Source: Felis catus
Taxonomy: Eukaryota
DNA: 64,000 nucleotides
Reading direction: 5' to 3'
NCBI RefSeq assembly: GCF_018350175.1
Contig: NC_058368.1
Span: forward strand, 238,454,001 to 238,518,000
This document shows positions 12,500 to 25,200 of this stretch, in pieces (position 1 is the stretch's first letter; every line of letters begins with the position of its first letter). Position numbers and translations under genes: made by a program. Under the pieces are notes generated by a model. It saw only the letters and a program-made list of their open reading frames with translations. It was not told where the DNA came from and searched no databases.

Positions 12500-14100
12500 G
12501 TTCTGAGGGACAGGGATGCTCAGGTCCCCTCGCACAGAGCCCCGTTGAGCGACCGCAGGGGGCCCAGACGCACGGCGCAGCCCCGACTGGCGCGGACGCC
12601 CCGCGGCCGCGAACGCACAGTGGGGAAACCAAAGGCTCCCCAGGAGGAAGGTCACGCCAGAGACTGGGTCCCCCGGAGGCGGCCACTCACCTTGACACCG
12701 TTCCCCGCACGTCGGGGTCCTGCGCCTTGGTGGTGGCCTGGAACACGTACAGTCTCGTCGCGGGCACGTCGACAAAGATTCCGGGCCTGTTGGGTCCCAG
12801 AGTGGGGTGGGCACCGGCCGCCGCGGCTCTCCAGGCCCCTCCGGAGAAACCGGCTCCCGAGGCGCACCGTTCGGGCCTTTGGTCCCAGTGGCTGCGCGCG
12901 GCTCCAGAAGGCCCCGGGCGACCGCCAGGTACCTGGCGGCCCAGAGGCCCTGGCACGGGGTCCCAGGGGGCAAGGGAGTGCCCCGGGCGGCTCTAGCAGG
13001 TGCAGGGGTCAGCCCCGCGGGGCCGGGGACGCCGACGGGACAGCACCCGCCGGACCCGGGACCCCGCGCCGCCGGCCGAACCTCGCTCCGCGCGAGCACA
13101 GGCTGGGAGACGCCCGGGGCGCCGGCCGCGGGAAGGGAGGCTGCTGGGGGAGGAGTCGGTGCCGCCGGACGGTTGGGGACCAGGGTCCGCGCAGCAGAGG
13201 GACGGGGCGAGTCGGGGCGCCCAGCTCTGCCCGCGAGTCCCAGTGCTGCGCCCGGCGCGCCCGCCGCCCCGCTCCCTCCCCGCCCGCCGCTCCCCCGGGG
13301 CAGACGCGGGGACACCGGGACCGGTTCCTCCGGGCAGCCGCCGTCTTGGGCCCGCGAAACCCGGAGCCCGGACGTGTCCCCGCTCCCACGCGTCCGAGGC
13401 CCCGGGATGCGCGAGGTCCCCGGCGGAGAGGAGCTGCGCGGGCGGCCGGGTCCGGGGGCGGGGGCGGGGACGGGGGCGCGCCCGGGTCTGGTCCTCCGCC
13501 CACCCGGGGCGGGGAGGGGGCGGGGCGGGGCGGGGCGGGCCTGCGACACCATAAGAGCCCCGAGGCCGCGGCCGCCCGGCGCTGCGGGACCCGAGCCGGC
13601 GCTGGAGCTTTCGCGGGCGCCCGGCGGCGGGACCCCAGCGCGGCGACGAGTCCGGGGCGGGCAGGTAAGGCGGGGCGCATCCGCGGGGCGCGCCGCTCCC
13701 CCCCCGCGGACCCCGAAGCCCTTGGTCCGGAGGCGCGGAGCCGGGGCGGGCACCGTCGGGGGCCCCGCGGGCTGCAGACCGCGGCGTCTCCAAAAGTGGC
13801 TGACTGGGGCGTGCAGCGACCTTGAGGCGGTGCCGACAGGTGTGCCGCGAGGAGGCGGCGCGGGGACGATCGCGCCGCGGTGGCCCCTGGAGTGCCGGGG
13901 GGTGGGGGGGTGGGGAGGGAAGAGGGCGCACAGGCCCGAACCGGGCGAGGCCGGCGGGAGCGAAGCAATCACCGATCCGGGTGATTTTCTCGGCCAGCGC
14001 CCCGTCTTGGCAGGAAGACTGTGGGATTGCAAAGAAGGGGTGCGGGCGCGGAGACGCGGGGCTCCGGGCCCAGGCTGAGGGTAGGGAGTACAAGAGCGAA
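12500..14100 (+). promoter_or_regulatory. SLC6A3: CpG-island promoter of SLC6A3 with tandem GC boxes (13506-13540) and TATA-like TAAGA (13552-13556)
   Basis: Very high CpG density and repeated GGGGCGGGG immediately before ATAAGAG, about 30 nt upstream of the putative exon 1. This matches the known TATA-less DAT promoter layout. Confidence 0.85.
13580..13664 (+). other. SLC6A3: SLC6A3 non-coding exon 1 (5' UTR)
   Basis: Strong donor GCAG|GTAAGG at 13664/13665, downstream of TAAGA, with no ATG. The start is inferred. Confidence 0.75.
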
Positions 14101-14544
14101 CGGGTTCATCAGCCAGCGCAGCGCCTCGTTCTGGGCACAGAGCGAAGCTTTCTGAGAGGCCACGCCTTGCTTTCTGTACCCAAACCTGGCCCCTGAGGCC
14201 GTGGCTTCAAGATTTGGGTCTGCTCGCCCCAAATACCAGCGTGGGCTTCTAGCAGGCAATCCGGGGTGTGCCTGTAGTGGGGGGGTGGGGCTTGCTGTGG
14301 GCCGTGGGCACACTCCAGCCCTCCCTGCTGCACCCACAGGCCAGTCCCACTGGTCCTCAGTCCCTGCAAAGCCAGGCCCGGGTTTCCGACATCTCGGGAA
14401 GGCTGGGTTTGTCACTGGAGGAGAAGGGGCCGCACACAAGTGGTGGGGCAGTAACTTGTATCGTGAGTCCTTGTTCCAGTTTGAACACAGAGGAAAATGA
14501 CGCCCATTAGAGCCAATGTCGGTTATTCTGCTGCTTCACCCGGG

Positions 14545-14975
14545 GCATGTGTGTGCACAAGTGTGCGTGTGCATGTGTGTGTGCATGTGTATGCGCATGG
14601 ATGTGTGTGCATGTGTGTGCACGCGTGCGTGTGTGTGCACGTGTGTGCGTGTATGTGTGCATGTATATATGTATCTGTGTGTGCATATGTATGTGCGTGT
14701 ATGTGTATGTGTGTGTGTGCACGTGTGTGTGCATGTATGCGTGTATGTGCATGTATATGTGTGTACCTGTGTGTGCATGTGTATGTGTGTGCGTGTGTGT
14801 GCACATGTGTGTGCGTGTATGTGTGCATGTATATATGTGTGTATCTGTGTGTGCATATGTGTGTGCGTGTATGTGTGTGTGCACGTGTATGTGCATGTAT
14901 ATATGTGTGTACCTGTGTGCGCATGTGTGTATGTGCGTGTGCGTGCGTGTGTGTGTGTACACGCATGTATGTACA
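14545..14975. repeat. Imperfect (TG)n/(RY)n microsatellite tract in intron 1
   Basis: About 430 bp of near-continuous purine-pyrimidine alternation. Confidence 0.95.
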
Positions 14976-15444
14976 ATGGAAACCATCCTGATGGACCCCA
15001 AAGCCAGGGGTCCTGTTTGAAGGCACCGTCGCAGCCGTCGGGGCCACCTGCTATGTCTGTGCATAATCCTTCTGTTCTAATTATGCTGCGCGGAGTTTTA
15101 GGAAAGTATCTTGGAAGCAGTTCCTTGGGAAAGTTTCTGGCCAGGGGATCCCGTCTGCCCCCAGCTAAGTGACGACAGTGCTGTGGTCTGCCCGCCTGCA
15201 GCGGGGGCGCCTGAGTCCCCGGCCACAGGTGGAGGGCATCATGGGGGCATTCCACGAGGAACGGAATCACCGTGGGTGACCCTGGGTATAAAAATTTGTT
15301 CTTCTCTTTACTGCTGTGTGTCAAGAACACATATGCACCTGCTACGAAGACTGAACTTTTGAGTGCTACGTGAAGGTTGTAAAATGAGTCCCTGACGATG
15401 TGGGCAGAGGTGACGTTTTGCATTATTATTAAAAGTACAAACAC

Positions 15445-15660
15445 GGGCGCCTGGGTGATGCTCAGTCGGTTGAGCATCTGACTTCAGCTCAAGTCATGAT
15501 CTCACGGTTCGTGGGTTCAAGCCTCGCGTCGGGCTCTGTGCTGACAGCTCGGAGCCTGGAGTGTGTTTCAGATTCTGTGTCTCCCTCTCTCTCCCTCCCC
15601 CTCTCACGCTCTGTCTCTCTCTCTCTCAAAAAAAATTAATAAATATATAAACCTTTTTTA
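15445..15660 (+). mobile_element. Can-SINE (felid type) in intron 1
   Basis: gggcgcctgggtgatgctcagtcggttgagc head, (CT)n, A tail. Confidence 0.92.
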
Positions 15661-16070
15661 AAAAGCAGACTTAGAGATGACACAGTGTTGAACTTTGATA
15701 GGAACAGAGAGGGTGCCATTGGGGGGGGGGAGCAAGGCAGGTGTCGGTATAGAGAGGGTGCGGGGGGGGGCGGGGAGAGCAAGGCAGGTGGCAGGTGTCT
15801 GTCCCGAGGTTTCCACAGGCTGTCCCGCCCCCCCTCAGGAACTTCCCCTCTCCTAGTGTCCTCAACCTTGGCCGTGGCGTCTCAGGTGCTTGGCATGTGC
15901 TTGTTCTGCCCGAGTCTGCTCTTGCGGCGAGGCGCCCCGCGGTCCGGGCTCCTGAGCCGCTGCCTTCCTGTGTGTGCTTACTTCCTATGCTGGCTGAAGG
16001 CCGGAGGAGGACGCACCGAGTCCGAGTCCCCAGGCTGCGCACCAGTGAGAGCCAGCGCCCGGAGGTGCCG

Positions 16071-16326
16071 ATGTCTTCCGGCGTGGCCCCAGCTAAGGAG
16101 CCCAACGCTACGGGCCCCAAGGCCGTGGAACTTGTCCTGGTCAAGGAGCAGAATGGGGTGCAGTTCACAAGCTCCACCCTCATCAACCCCACGCAGACGC
16201 CCGTGGAGACCCAAGAACGAGAGACCTGGAGCAAGAAGGTCGACTTCCTCCTGTCGGTGGTCGGCTTTGCCGTGGACCTGGCCAACGTCTGGCGGTTCCC
16301 CTACCTGTGCTACAAAAACGGCGGCG
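16071..16326 (+). CDS. SLC6A3: SLC6A3 exon 2 coding part (N-terminus, TM1); the exon probably begins at 16000
   Basis: [17 protein letters not shown]...[37 protein letters not shown]; donor G|GTGAGT at 16326/7. The start codon is uncertain (see findings). Confidence 0.93.
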
Positions 16327-17478
16327 GTGAGTCCGGCCCAGCCCCCCCTGCCTCGCTGAGCAGCGGGGGCGCAGAGTCCCTGGGGGCGGGGGGAGCCCGC
16401 AAACACGGAGGCAGAGGCGGGGCCGGTGGCCGGAGCAGGCGAGGAGTCACCTTGCGGGGAACATTCTCAGGTGCCCGCAGAGCGGTACCCTTGGCCGACT
16501 TAAACCAGCGTCTGCGAAAGGGTGCGGAGGCCCTTGAGTTTGGAGTAGCGGAGAAAGTCCCGAGGCGATCGCATGTCCCTCCCCCTGCCCCGAAGCCAGC
16601 CAGCCCTTCCCCCACAGCTGCCTCTGGACTAGAAAACGAAAACAGGCACGGGTCACCCAAAGCCCTCAGGCGGAGAAGCCCCTGGAGTTGGTGGCCGCTC
16701 CCCGTGGTCGCTCAGTGCCGCACATGAGGGCTTTGGAAGAACCTCCGTGGGAGGCCCTCCCAGCCCCCACCCCGTGCTGAGGGGAGAACACTGGGCCCAG
16801 GCAGGTGCTAGGAGCCGCGGGGCCTCCCTGCCTCCCCCTCCCCACCCCAGGACCAGAGCCGCGGCGAAGCCCCCTCGTGTGGGCCAGGGCCCATGAGGCC
16901 CCGAGTTTTGTGCCTAGGACGGGGGGCTGCCACGAGAGGGCCAGGCGCCACCCTGGAGGGACCCCGGCTCCTCACGCGGCACCTGTCAACACAGCCCCCC
17001 GCCGAGGCAGGCTGTGAGGACGGAGAGCTGGGGGTGGGTGATGGACCCCACGAAGGGCAGGACTGGACCTCGGCTCCCGGCGGGCAGTTAGAGCTCACGA
17101 GGGGCGGAGGCCGGCGTCTGCAGGGCAGGGGGGAGGCCGGACCCAGGAGCAAAGACGGTGTGTGGGCAGGGGCTTCATCTGCTCTGCTCTTGGGTTGATT
17201 TCAAACTTGGCCCAAGGGACGGCCGGGGTTTCAGTGGGGACGTGTCAGGGCGCTGGTGACAGTGGGGGCCGGGCAGGGAGGTAGGGGGCTCACCCAGCCC
17301 AGCCAGGGACTTCCCCTCGGAGGGCGGCCATGCAGGGAGCTTCAGGGGGAAACCGGCGGGAGATGGGTGAGCGCGGTGGTGCCCGCGACCCGTGTGGGTG
17401 GCGCTGGGACGGCCGCGCCCCGGGGAGCACACGGGCCCGTCCGCAGCCCGCGGGCTGACGCGCTGTCCTGTCCCACAG

Positions 17479-17610
17479 GCGCCTTCCTGGTCCCCTACCT
17501 GCTCTTCATGGCCATTGCTGGGGTGCCGCTCTTCTACATGGAGCTGGCCCTGGGGCAGTTCACCAGGGAAGGGGCCGCTGGCGTCTGGAAGATCTGCCCC
17601 CTGCTGAAAG
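17479..17610 (+). CDS. SLC6A3: SLC6A3 exon 3 (TM2)
   Basis: cccacag|GC...[43 protein letters not shown]...G|gtaacg; 132 nt. Confidence 0.97.
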
Positions 17611-17889
17611 GTAACGGCGGGACGCCCCCACACCCCGCCGTGGCACGGCCCAAGCCGTGTGCGTTCGCTCCCGCTTTGCTCCCCGTCTCTGCCCCCGGAC
17701 GTAGCATCTTAACTCTGGTCCTCCTTCCGACCTGCGATGACGGAATTCGGGAGCGCGTGTCCCTGCCGTGAGGCCTGCCGTCCGAGGGCCGTGCCGTCGG
17801 TGTTTTTGCGCTAGATAGGAAAAAACACCCGTCTGTCTGTCGGTCCGCCCTCTGCCCGTCACGGTCCGTCCACCCACCCGTCGTCTCTC

Positions 17890-18230
17890 TGCGTCGGTTG
17901 GCCACGGCCGTGTACAACGCCCCACGCGCCGGGCGGCCTGAGGAGTAGACATTTGTTGCCTTACGTTTCTCGAGGCCGGAAACCCGAAATGAAGGTGCGC
18001 CGGTAGAAGGCATTCCTCCTGAGGCCGTGAGGGACAGTCTGCTCCAGACCTCCCCTACACGCGTCTCTATAACTCTGAGGACGACGGTCACACGGGACGG
18101 GGGCACACCCTCACAGCCCAACTTCCCTTGGTTACCTCTGGGAAGACCCTGCCTCCAAATAAGGTCACACCGTGACCTACCGGGGCTTAGAAATTCAGCA
18201 AGAGAATTTTGGAGGGGACGCAATTCAACT
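17890..18230 (-). mobile_element. MaLR (MLT1-like) LTR remnant
   Basis: ggccgtgtacaacgccccac...ggttacctctgggaagaccctgcctccaaataaggtcacac...ggggacgcaattcaactc. Confidence 0.6.
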
Positions 18231-18339
18231 CGTCATGTCATCTGTCACCTATGTTCCTCTGTCTACCTGTCAGCCACCTATCACCTACTGTCCAGTATCT
18301 ATCCACCTGTCACCCGTCATGTATCAACCCCTGTCATCT

Positions 18340-20720
18340 GCCTGTCATCCTTCTTCCATCCCCTGTCCCCCATCCCCCTGTCCCCCCGTACCCCCATCCC
18401 CTGTCCCTCTGTCACCCATCCCCCCGTCCCCCATCCGCCCATCTCCCGTCCCCATCCCTCTGTCCCGTGTCCCCCATCCTCCCATCCCCTGTCCCCCTGT
18501 CCCCCATCTCCCGTCCCCATCTCCCCATCCCCCATCGCTCCGTCAAACGTCCCCTCACCTGCGCATCCCCCATCCCCATCCCCCTGACCTCCCATCCGCC
18601 CATCCCCCGTCCCCCGTCCCCCCTCCCCTGTCCCCCCATCCCCTGCCCCCCATCACCCATTCCCCCCAGTCCCCTGTGCCCCCGTCCCCCGCCCCTATCC
18701 CCCCATCTGCCCATCTCCTGTCCCCCGGTCCCCTGTCCCCATCCCCCTGTCCCCCATCCCCCAATCCCTGTCCCCCCATTCCCTGCCCCCCGTCCCCCAT
18801 CCCCCAGTCCCCAGTGCCCCCGTCCCCCCATCCCCCATCCCCCCATCAGCCCATCCCCATCACCCCATCCACCGTCCCCCATCCCACCATCTGCCCATCC
18901 CCTGTCCCCCATCCCCCCATCCCCAATCCCCCGCCCCCATCAACTGTCCCCCGTCCCCCATCCCCTGTCCCCCCATCCCCTACACCCCGTCCCCCATTCC
19001 CCCAGTCCCCTGTGCCCCCGTCCCCCGCCCCACCATCCCCATCCCCCCATCCGCCCATCCCGTTCTCCCATCCCCCGTCCCCATCCCCCCATCACCCCAT
19101 CCCCCATCCCTCTGTCACCCGTCCCCCCACCTGCGCATCCCCCATCCCCGTCCCCCATCCCCCATCCCCTGTCCCCCTGACCCCCATCCGCCCATCCCCC
19201 GTCCCCCCTCCCCTGTCCCCCATCCCCTGCCCCCATCCCCCATCCCCCCCAGTCCCTTGTAACCCCTCCCCCGCCCCATCCCCCCGTCCCCTGTCCCCCA
19301 TCCCCCATCCCCTGCCCCCCATCCCCCTGTCCCCCATGCCCCACCCCCTGTCCCCCCATACCCTGTCCCCCCGTCCCACATCCCCCAGTCCCTTATGCCC
19401 CCGTCCCCCACACCCCATCCCCGATCTGCCCATCCCCCCATCCCCTGTCCCCCGTCCCCCATCCCGTCCCCCCATCCCCTGCCCCCCATCCCCCATCCCC
19501 CCAGTCCCCTGTGACCCCGTCCCCCACACCCCTTACCCCATCCCCCATCCACCCATCCCCTGTCCCCCACCCCCCATCCCCAATCCACCGCCCCCCATCC
19601 CCTGTCCCCCGTCCCCCATCCCCCCAGTCCCCTGTGCCCCTGTCCCCTGCCCCCATCCCCCCATCCGCCCATACCCTGTCCCCCCCAGTCCCCTGTCCCC
19701 CATCCTCCCATCCCCCATCCCCCGCCCCCCATACCCTGTCCCCCGCCCCCCATCCCCTGTCCCCCATCCCCCAGTCCCCTGGGTCCCCGTCCCCCGCCCC
19801 CCATCCCCCATGCCCCCATTCCCCCATCCCCTGTCCCCCGTCCCCCATCCCCCAGTCCCCTATGCCCCCGTCCCCCACACCCCATCCCCCATCCCCAATC
19901 CCCCGCCCCCCATCCCCTGTCCCCCATCCCCCATCCCGTCCCCCCATCCCCTGCCCCCCGTCCCCCATCCCCCCAGTCCCCTGTGCCCCCGTCCCCTGCC
20001 CCCCATCCCCCATCCCCCCATCCCCTGTCCCTCTGTCACCCATCCCCCATCCCCCCGTCCCCCCATCCGCCCATCTCCCGTCCCCCATCCCTCTGTCCCG
20101 TGTCCCTCATCCTCCCATCCCCTGTCCCCCTGTCCCCCATCTCCCATCCCCGTCTCCCCATCCCCCATCCCTCCGTCACCCGTCCCCCCACCTGCGCATC
20201 CCCCATCCCCGTCCCCCATCCCCCATCCCCTGCCCCCCATCCCCCTGTCCCCCATCCCCCACCCCCTGTCCCCCCATCCCCTGTCCCCCCGTCCCCCATC
20301 CCCCAGTCCCCTATGCCCCCATCCCCCACACCCCATCCCCCATCCCCCATCCCCCCATCCCCTGTCCCCCATCCCCCCATCCGCCCATCCCCTGTCCCCC
20401 ATCCCCCCATCCCCAATCCCCCGCCCCCATCCCCTGTCCCCCTGTCCCCCATCCCGTCCCCCCATCCCCTGCCCCCCGTCCCCCATCCCCCCAGTCCCCG
20501 GTGACCCCGTCCCCCACACCCCTTCCCCCATCCCCCATCCACCCATCCCGTCCCCCACCCCCCATCCCCAATCCCCCGCCCCCCATCCCCTGTCCCCCGT
20601 CCTCCATCCCCTGTCCCCCCATCCCCTGCCCCCCGTCCCCCATCCCCCCAGTCCCCTGTGCCCCCGCCCCCCTCCCCCATCCCCCCATCCCCCCATCCCC
20701 TGTCCCCCATCCCCCATCTA
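18340..20720. repeat. 2.4-kb C-rich minisatellite (CCCCAT/CCCCGT/CCCCTGT units) in intron 3
   Basis: Directly visible; source of the 866-aa Pro-rich pseudo-ORF. Confidence 0.97.
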
Positions 20721-22065
20721 TCTCCATCTCTCTCACTATCTATTCTCTAGCGGGCCACCTGTGTGTATCTAGGGATCTAGTTTTGTGCTGAGCCCTCCCT
20801 CCAGTCGCCTGCTGAGATGCCAGGGCGCCACGAGGCAGGGGCACCTTGCACTGAGCCGAGGCAGAGAGCCTGGCAGCCAGCTCCTCCGCGGTCGCCTCCC
20901 TCCACCTTCGTGAGAAGCCCAGGGAAGGGCCCTCTGTGTTCTGTGTTGTCCCCATCCTGGAGACTCCGGCACCAAGGATGATGTCCCTGGCCGGGGGCAG
21001 CGTGGGATTGAGTCCCGGCCGTCTCCCCCTGAGCGCGGCCTCCAGGCCACACCGCGCCTGCGGAGCCCGTGGCTCGGGGAGGATTCGTGGGGAGACGCGG
21101 GCGCGCTGCCGGGTTTCATCACGAAAACGGTTGCTGGGAGATCAGTCCAAGGACTTCCCGAGAAATCCTTGAAAAGTCGGTGTGTTTGCAGGAGGACGGA
21201 AGGCCCCCCCCCCCCCCCCCCCCCCCCCCCCGTCTCCGGGACGCGCCAGGATGGGCCGATGGGTCATGGCCAGAGATGGCAGCTGCCGGGGCCCGAGGAG
21301 CGAGGACGGCGCGCGTCCGTGTGGCCGGGGCTTCGGGGGCACCGCCCGCCCGGCAGCGGAAGCACGGGGACTGGCCCGGCCCGATGTCCCCTCCGGCGCT
21401 GTGCGGGTTTCCTTCTTAATGGCCCGCTTGCCGAGCTTCGGGATGGTAGCAGCTTGTCCCTCCGCTACGTGACCGGTGGGTCCCCCAGACAGAACTCAGG
21501 AGAGGCCTGCCCGCTCCCCCCCGCAACCTCAGAACAAGGCCCGCGGCTGTGGCTTCCGGTGCCGGGCCTGGGCGTCCCGTCTGCGGGGCCACACAAGAGG
21601 CCGGACGCTGGTCTCTTCCTCCGTGAAGCCCCGATGGAGGGATGTGGCGGGGGAAGCAGCTGGCACCGCGGCGTCTCCGTGCGGGCGCAGCGTGGACGCG
21701 GCCCGAGCGGCCCATCTCCCCGGCCCGCGCACCGCCAGCGCCGTGGTCAGTGCTGTCCGCGCGTCCTCGGGTGACCCCCAGGGGGCAGTGCGGGGCGGGG
21801 GTGGCCTCCCGCTGCCGGCTGCCTTGTTGGCTTTGCGGGCAGCGGCCCTGTGCGTCTGCAGTGTGTCTGCTTCTCACGTGCCCCAAGCCGGGCCCCCCCC
21901 CTCCCGCCGGGGACCCCCGAGCACCCACCGCCCTGCATCTGTATGTCCTACCAGGAGAAGGATGTTCTCCAGAGAAGCTGCCAACGTAGATAGGTTTTTA
22001 TATTGCAGTTTATAAAGTGTCAATAGTGATTGATTCCCGAAGATCTCAAAGGACGACTTAATCCT

Positions 22066-22279
22066 TGTTTTTTAAAATTTTTTGTTTATTTTTGAGAGAG
22101 AGAGAGAGACAGAGTGCGAGCAGGGGAGGGTCAGAGAGAGGGGGAGGCACAGAGTCCGAAGCGGGCTCCAGGCCCGAGCTGCCAGCACAGAGCCCGATGC
22201 GGGGCTCGAACTCGGGAACCGGGAGATCATGACCTGAACCGAAGTCGGACACTTGACTGACTGAGCCCCCCAGGCGCCC
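22066..22279 (-). mobile_element. Can-SINE with TSD
   Basis: Antisense body; TSD AGGACGACTTAA at 22050-22061 and 22283-22294. Confidence 0.93.
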
Positions 22280-25200
22280 GTTAGGACGACTTAACCCAAC
22301 GGACGGGTTCATAGGAAAACGTGACCCCGGTAGCAGGAGCTCCAGCACCCTCAGGGAGAAGGGGAGCCCCGGTGTGGGGCGTCTCACCTCCCTCCGGCCC
22401 GGAGCACCTGCGGGCAGACACTGCTTCCTTCAGATTTCCCGCTGCCCCACAGCCCCACGTCCACACTGCCTGCAGCCCAAGACACCTTCTGTCCAATTCT
22501 GGACACCCATCTGTGCGGAGGGCCGTGCTGGGGCTGTGTGGCCCCTGTGGGTGGACTCTCTCTCTCCCCCTGTCTCTCCCTGTCTCTGTCTCTCATCTCT
22601 CTCCGTCTGCCCCCATCTCCCTTCCTGTCTCTCTTTATGTCTCCCTGGCTCTCTCTGTTTCCCCATCTGTGTCTCCCTGTCTCTGTCTCTCCCTGTCTCT
22701 CCCTCTCTGTCTCCCTGTCTCTGTCTCTGTCCCTCTCCTCCGCACACGTGCGCACACGCACAGACCCAGCAGACACTCAGGATGCCCAGACTGTCCGGAG
22801 GAATCCTGTGTGTTCCTCGCAGTGGCCTGCAGTGACCCTCGTGAGGACAGCCAGGCCACTCCTCCAGGAGCATCTTCTGTGGCCGGTGCTCCCGACAGGC
22901 TCCCGGAGGCAGCGGCCCGCGCAGTTGGGGGTGGGGGGTGGGCTCCACCGGGATGCCCCCGCTTAGGTGGCCCAGTTACCTGCCAGACACGGACCTGCCT
23001 CCCGGTGCTGTGGAGACACGGCACCCTGTTTTGCCGAGTGTGAGACAGTTGTGATATTTTCGGTGTGATTCATCAAACTCCTCTTTCTAAAAAGAATTTG
23101 AAGTAGCTTAAAATGAGATAAAATACACACAGTTAACTGTAAAGGCTAAAGTTTATAGAGTCAACATAAAGAAGTACTGAGGAAAACAGAAGCTTCAGAA
23201 ACCAGACATTAAGACCCGTGGCTGGAATTCACGGTTAGTCCCGGGGTCCCAGGAGCAGGAACTGAGCAGGAGCCAGGGCTGGGCGTGGCGGGCGGGGAGC
23301 AGGGGTGGGAGCAGGGGCTGGGGGGGAGCAGGGGCAGGGGCAGGGGCAGGGGGGGAGCAGCGGCTTGGGGGGAGCAGGGGCGGGAGGGAGGAGGGGCTGG
23401 GGGGGGAGCAGGGGCTGGGGGGGCGGCTGGGGGAAGGAGGGGGGTGGCGGGAGTGGGCGGATTTCCCATGTTTTCCTGGGAACTCGGGACAGGGTGAGCC
23501 CGCCCACTGGGGAGGATGGCTGTCCTACGCCATCCGCGACAGAAGAGTTCTGTCAGGTGCAGCTTTATTTAGAGGCTCTTTCTTGCAAGGAGGAACATCG
23601 CTGCAGCCGCCGGGAGGGGGCCCAAAGTGACATGAACCGGAGTGTGGTGATGGTGGCCCAGCCCGTGGGCTTGTGAGGCTGTGTCCACCTGGGACAGACT
23701 TGGAGTGACCCCACAAATAGCCCACCTTCACAGCCACCTTCCTGGGGACTGGGCCCTCTGCCCAGGCATGTGGGCACCTGGAGGGCAGCCCAGGGGAGGC
23801 GACCCTCGTATGTGGGAGGGCCTCTGGTGCCCGGCTGCCACGGGGCAGGCCCTCGTGCTCTGGGAGCCCCATCGGCCCGTGGCGACCTTGTCACTCTGGC
23901 AGGAAGGTGGAGAAACCTAGCTTAGAAGGGGCTTTGCACGGGGCACGGGTGCAGGAAGGGCCGCGGCCACGATAACTCTTCCTTCGCAAGGTGGATCTGG
24001 ATCTGCTTCGGGTTGGTTCAGAGGCTCCCTTGACTTCCCCAAGGGTCAGGCTGCACGCTTTTAACCTCAGAATGGTTTCAGGTCAGGCATCCACAGTCGG
24101 CCCCCTGCCAGGGAGAACCTTCTGTGATGCTCTTCTAAACAGCACGGCTTCCCAGCACCGTGGCTTCCCCACAGCACGTTTTCCTGGGAACACGGCTTCC
24201 CCACAGCACGGCTGCCCGGGCAGATTCTCTGTAAACCATGGCCCGGCCTCTCTCCTGGGAACCCAGGGAGCAGAATTGCAATATAGCTTGGTTTAGTGTT
24301 GACCAAGTCCACGTGGGAGAAGACCTTGCACAGAAAATTGTGTTGTGGTCACCACTGCTGCTGCACACGTATTCCGAGAGGGTTTGCACAACAGGGCCCA
24401 TTTGATTTTGGGGCCCTCCCGATACGGGATCTGTTTAATGTATGTGCAGCAATGAACTTTACTGCCTCTTTCTGCTTCCGGGGTAGGAAGGCGACTTCGG
24501 TGCAGTGCCCTGAGCATTGAATTACTTCTTCTCAGGGTTCCGTTCATAAAAGACAACCCAAGCCTCTTCCTATAAACACCACCTCGAAGGCATGCTCCCC
24601 GCCCTCCTGCCCCCTCCCGGCCACGAGCAGGCAGGACGGGGACGTAGCAGCCAAACAGACTTTAGTAAAGCAAGCCAGAGCTCTCGTCCACACGAGTCCT
24701 GCCTGCGAAGCCGAGACGCAGAGCTGGAAGGAAAATAGCCGTGCGTGGGGCCTACCGCAGGGAGCCGCCGTAGCAGGACCGGGGCGGCCTTGCCTGGCAT
24801 TGAGCAAGGGCACCTTGGCCAGTGGGCGGAGGCCAGACCCAACTGCCGTGAGTCAGGACAGCACAGCCCCAAAGACTGCTTGCCACTCTGCCGTCGTTCA
24901 CGAGGGGCCAGGAGCCCCTCGATGACAGATCCCAAACGCCAGGTTTCGTGACACTGGAAAGGTCACTGGAAAAGGCCATCAGTGGCTCAGGAGACTCTGG
25001 ATGGTCATGCATGGCCCCGGGTGACTCCAGGTGGCTCTGGGTACCTATGAGTAAACCCAGATGACTCTGTTTGCCCTGGGTCGTCTTGAGGGGGTGTGAG
25101 CAGCCATGGGTGGCCATAAATGTCTCTGAGTGGCTCTTGGTAGCTGTGTGTGGATGTGGAGGACCCTGGTTATCTAATGGCCATTGGTGGCCCTGGATGG

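Noticed and set aside
12326..14093. Several 300-530 aa overlapping ORFs
   Set aside because: CpG island with stop-codon depletion. The translations are Arg/Gly/Pro/Ala-rich with no domain.
15795..16070. Long N-terminal extension suggested by the ORF track
   Set aside because: Starts at GTG in intron 1, upstream of the likely acceptor at 15999/16000.
18172..20772. 866-aa Pro-rich ORF and overlapping Gly-rich antisense ORFs
   Set aside because: Translation of a C-rich minisatellite. It is open in several frames, low complexity and intronic.
21204..21231. Long poly-C and poly-G homopolymers (also 1268-1373, 45706-45723)
   Set aside because: Lengths are unreliable in assemblies and such runs are common in GC-rich regions. 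There is no specific functional evidence.
24958..24965. NBRE (AAAGGTCA) Nurr1 sites here and at 6771
   Set aside because: An 8-mer is expected by chance in 64 kb. One lies in an L1/TSD, and no conservation evidence is available.
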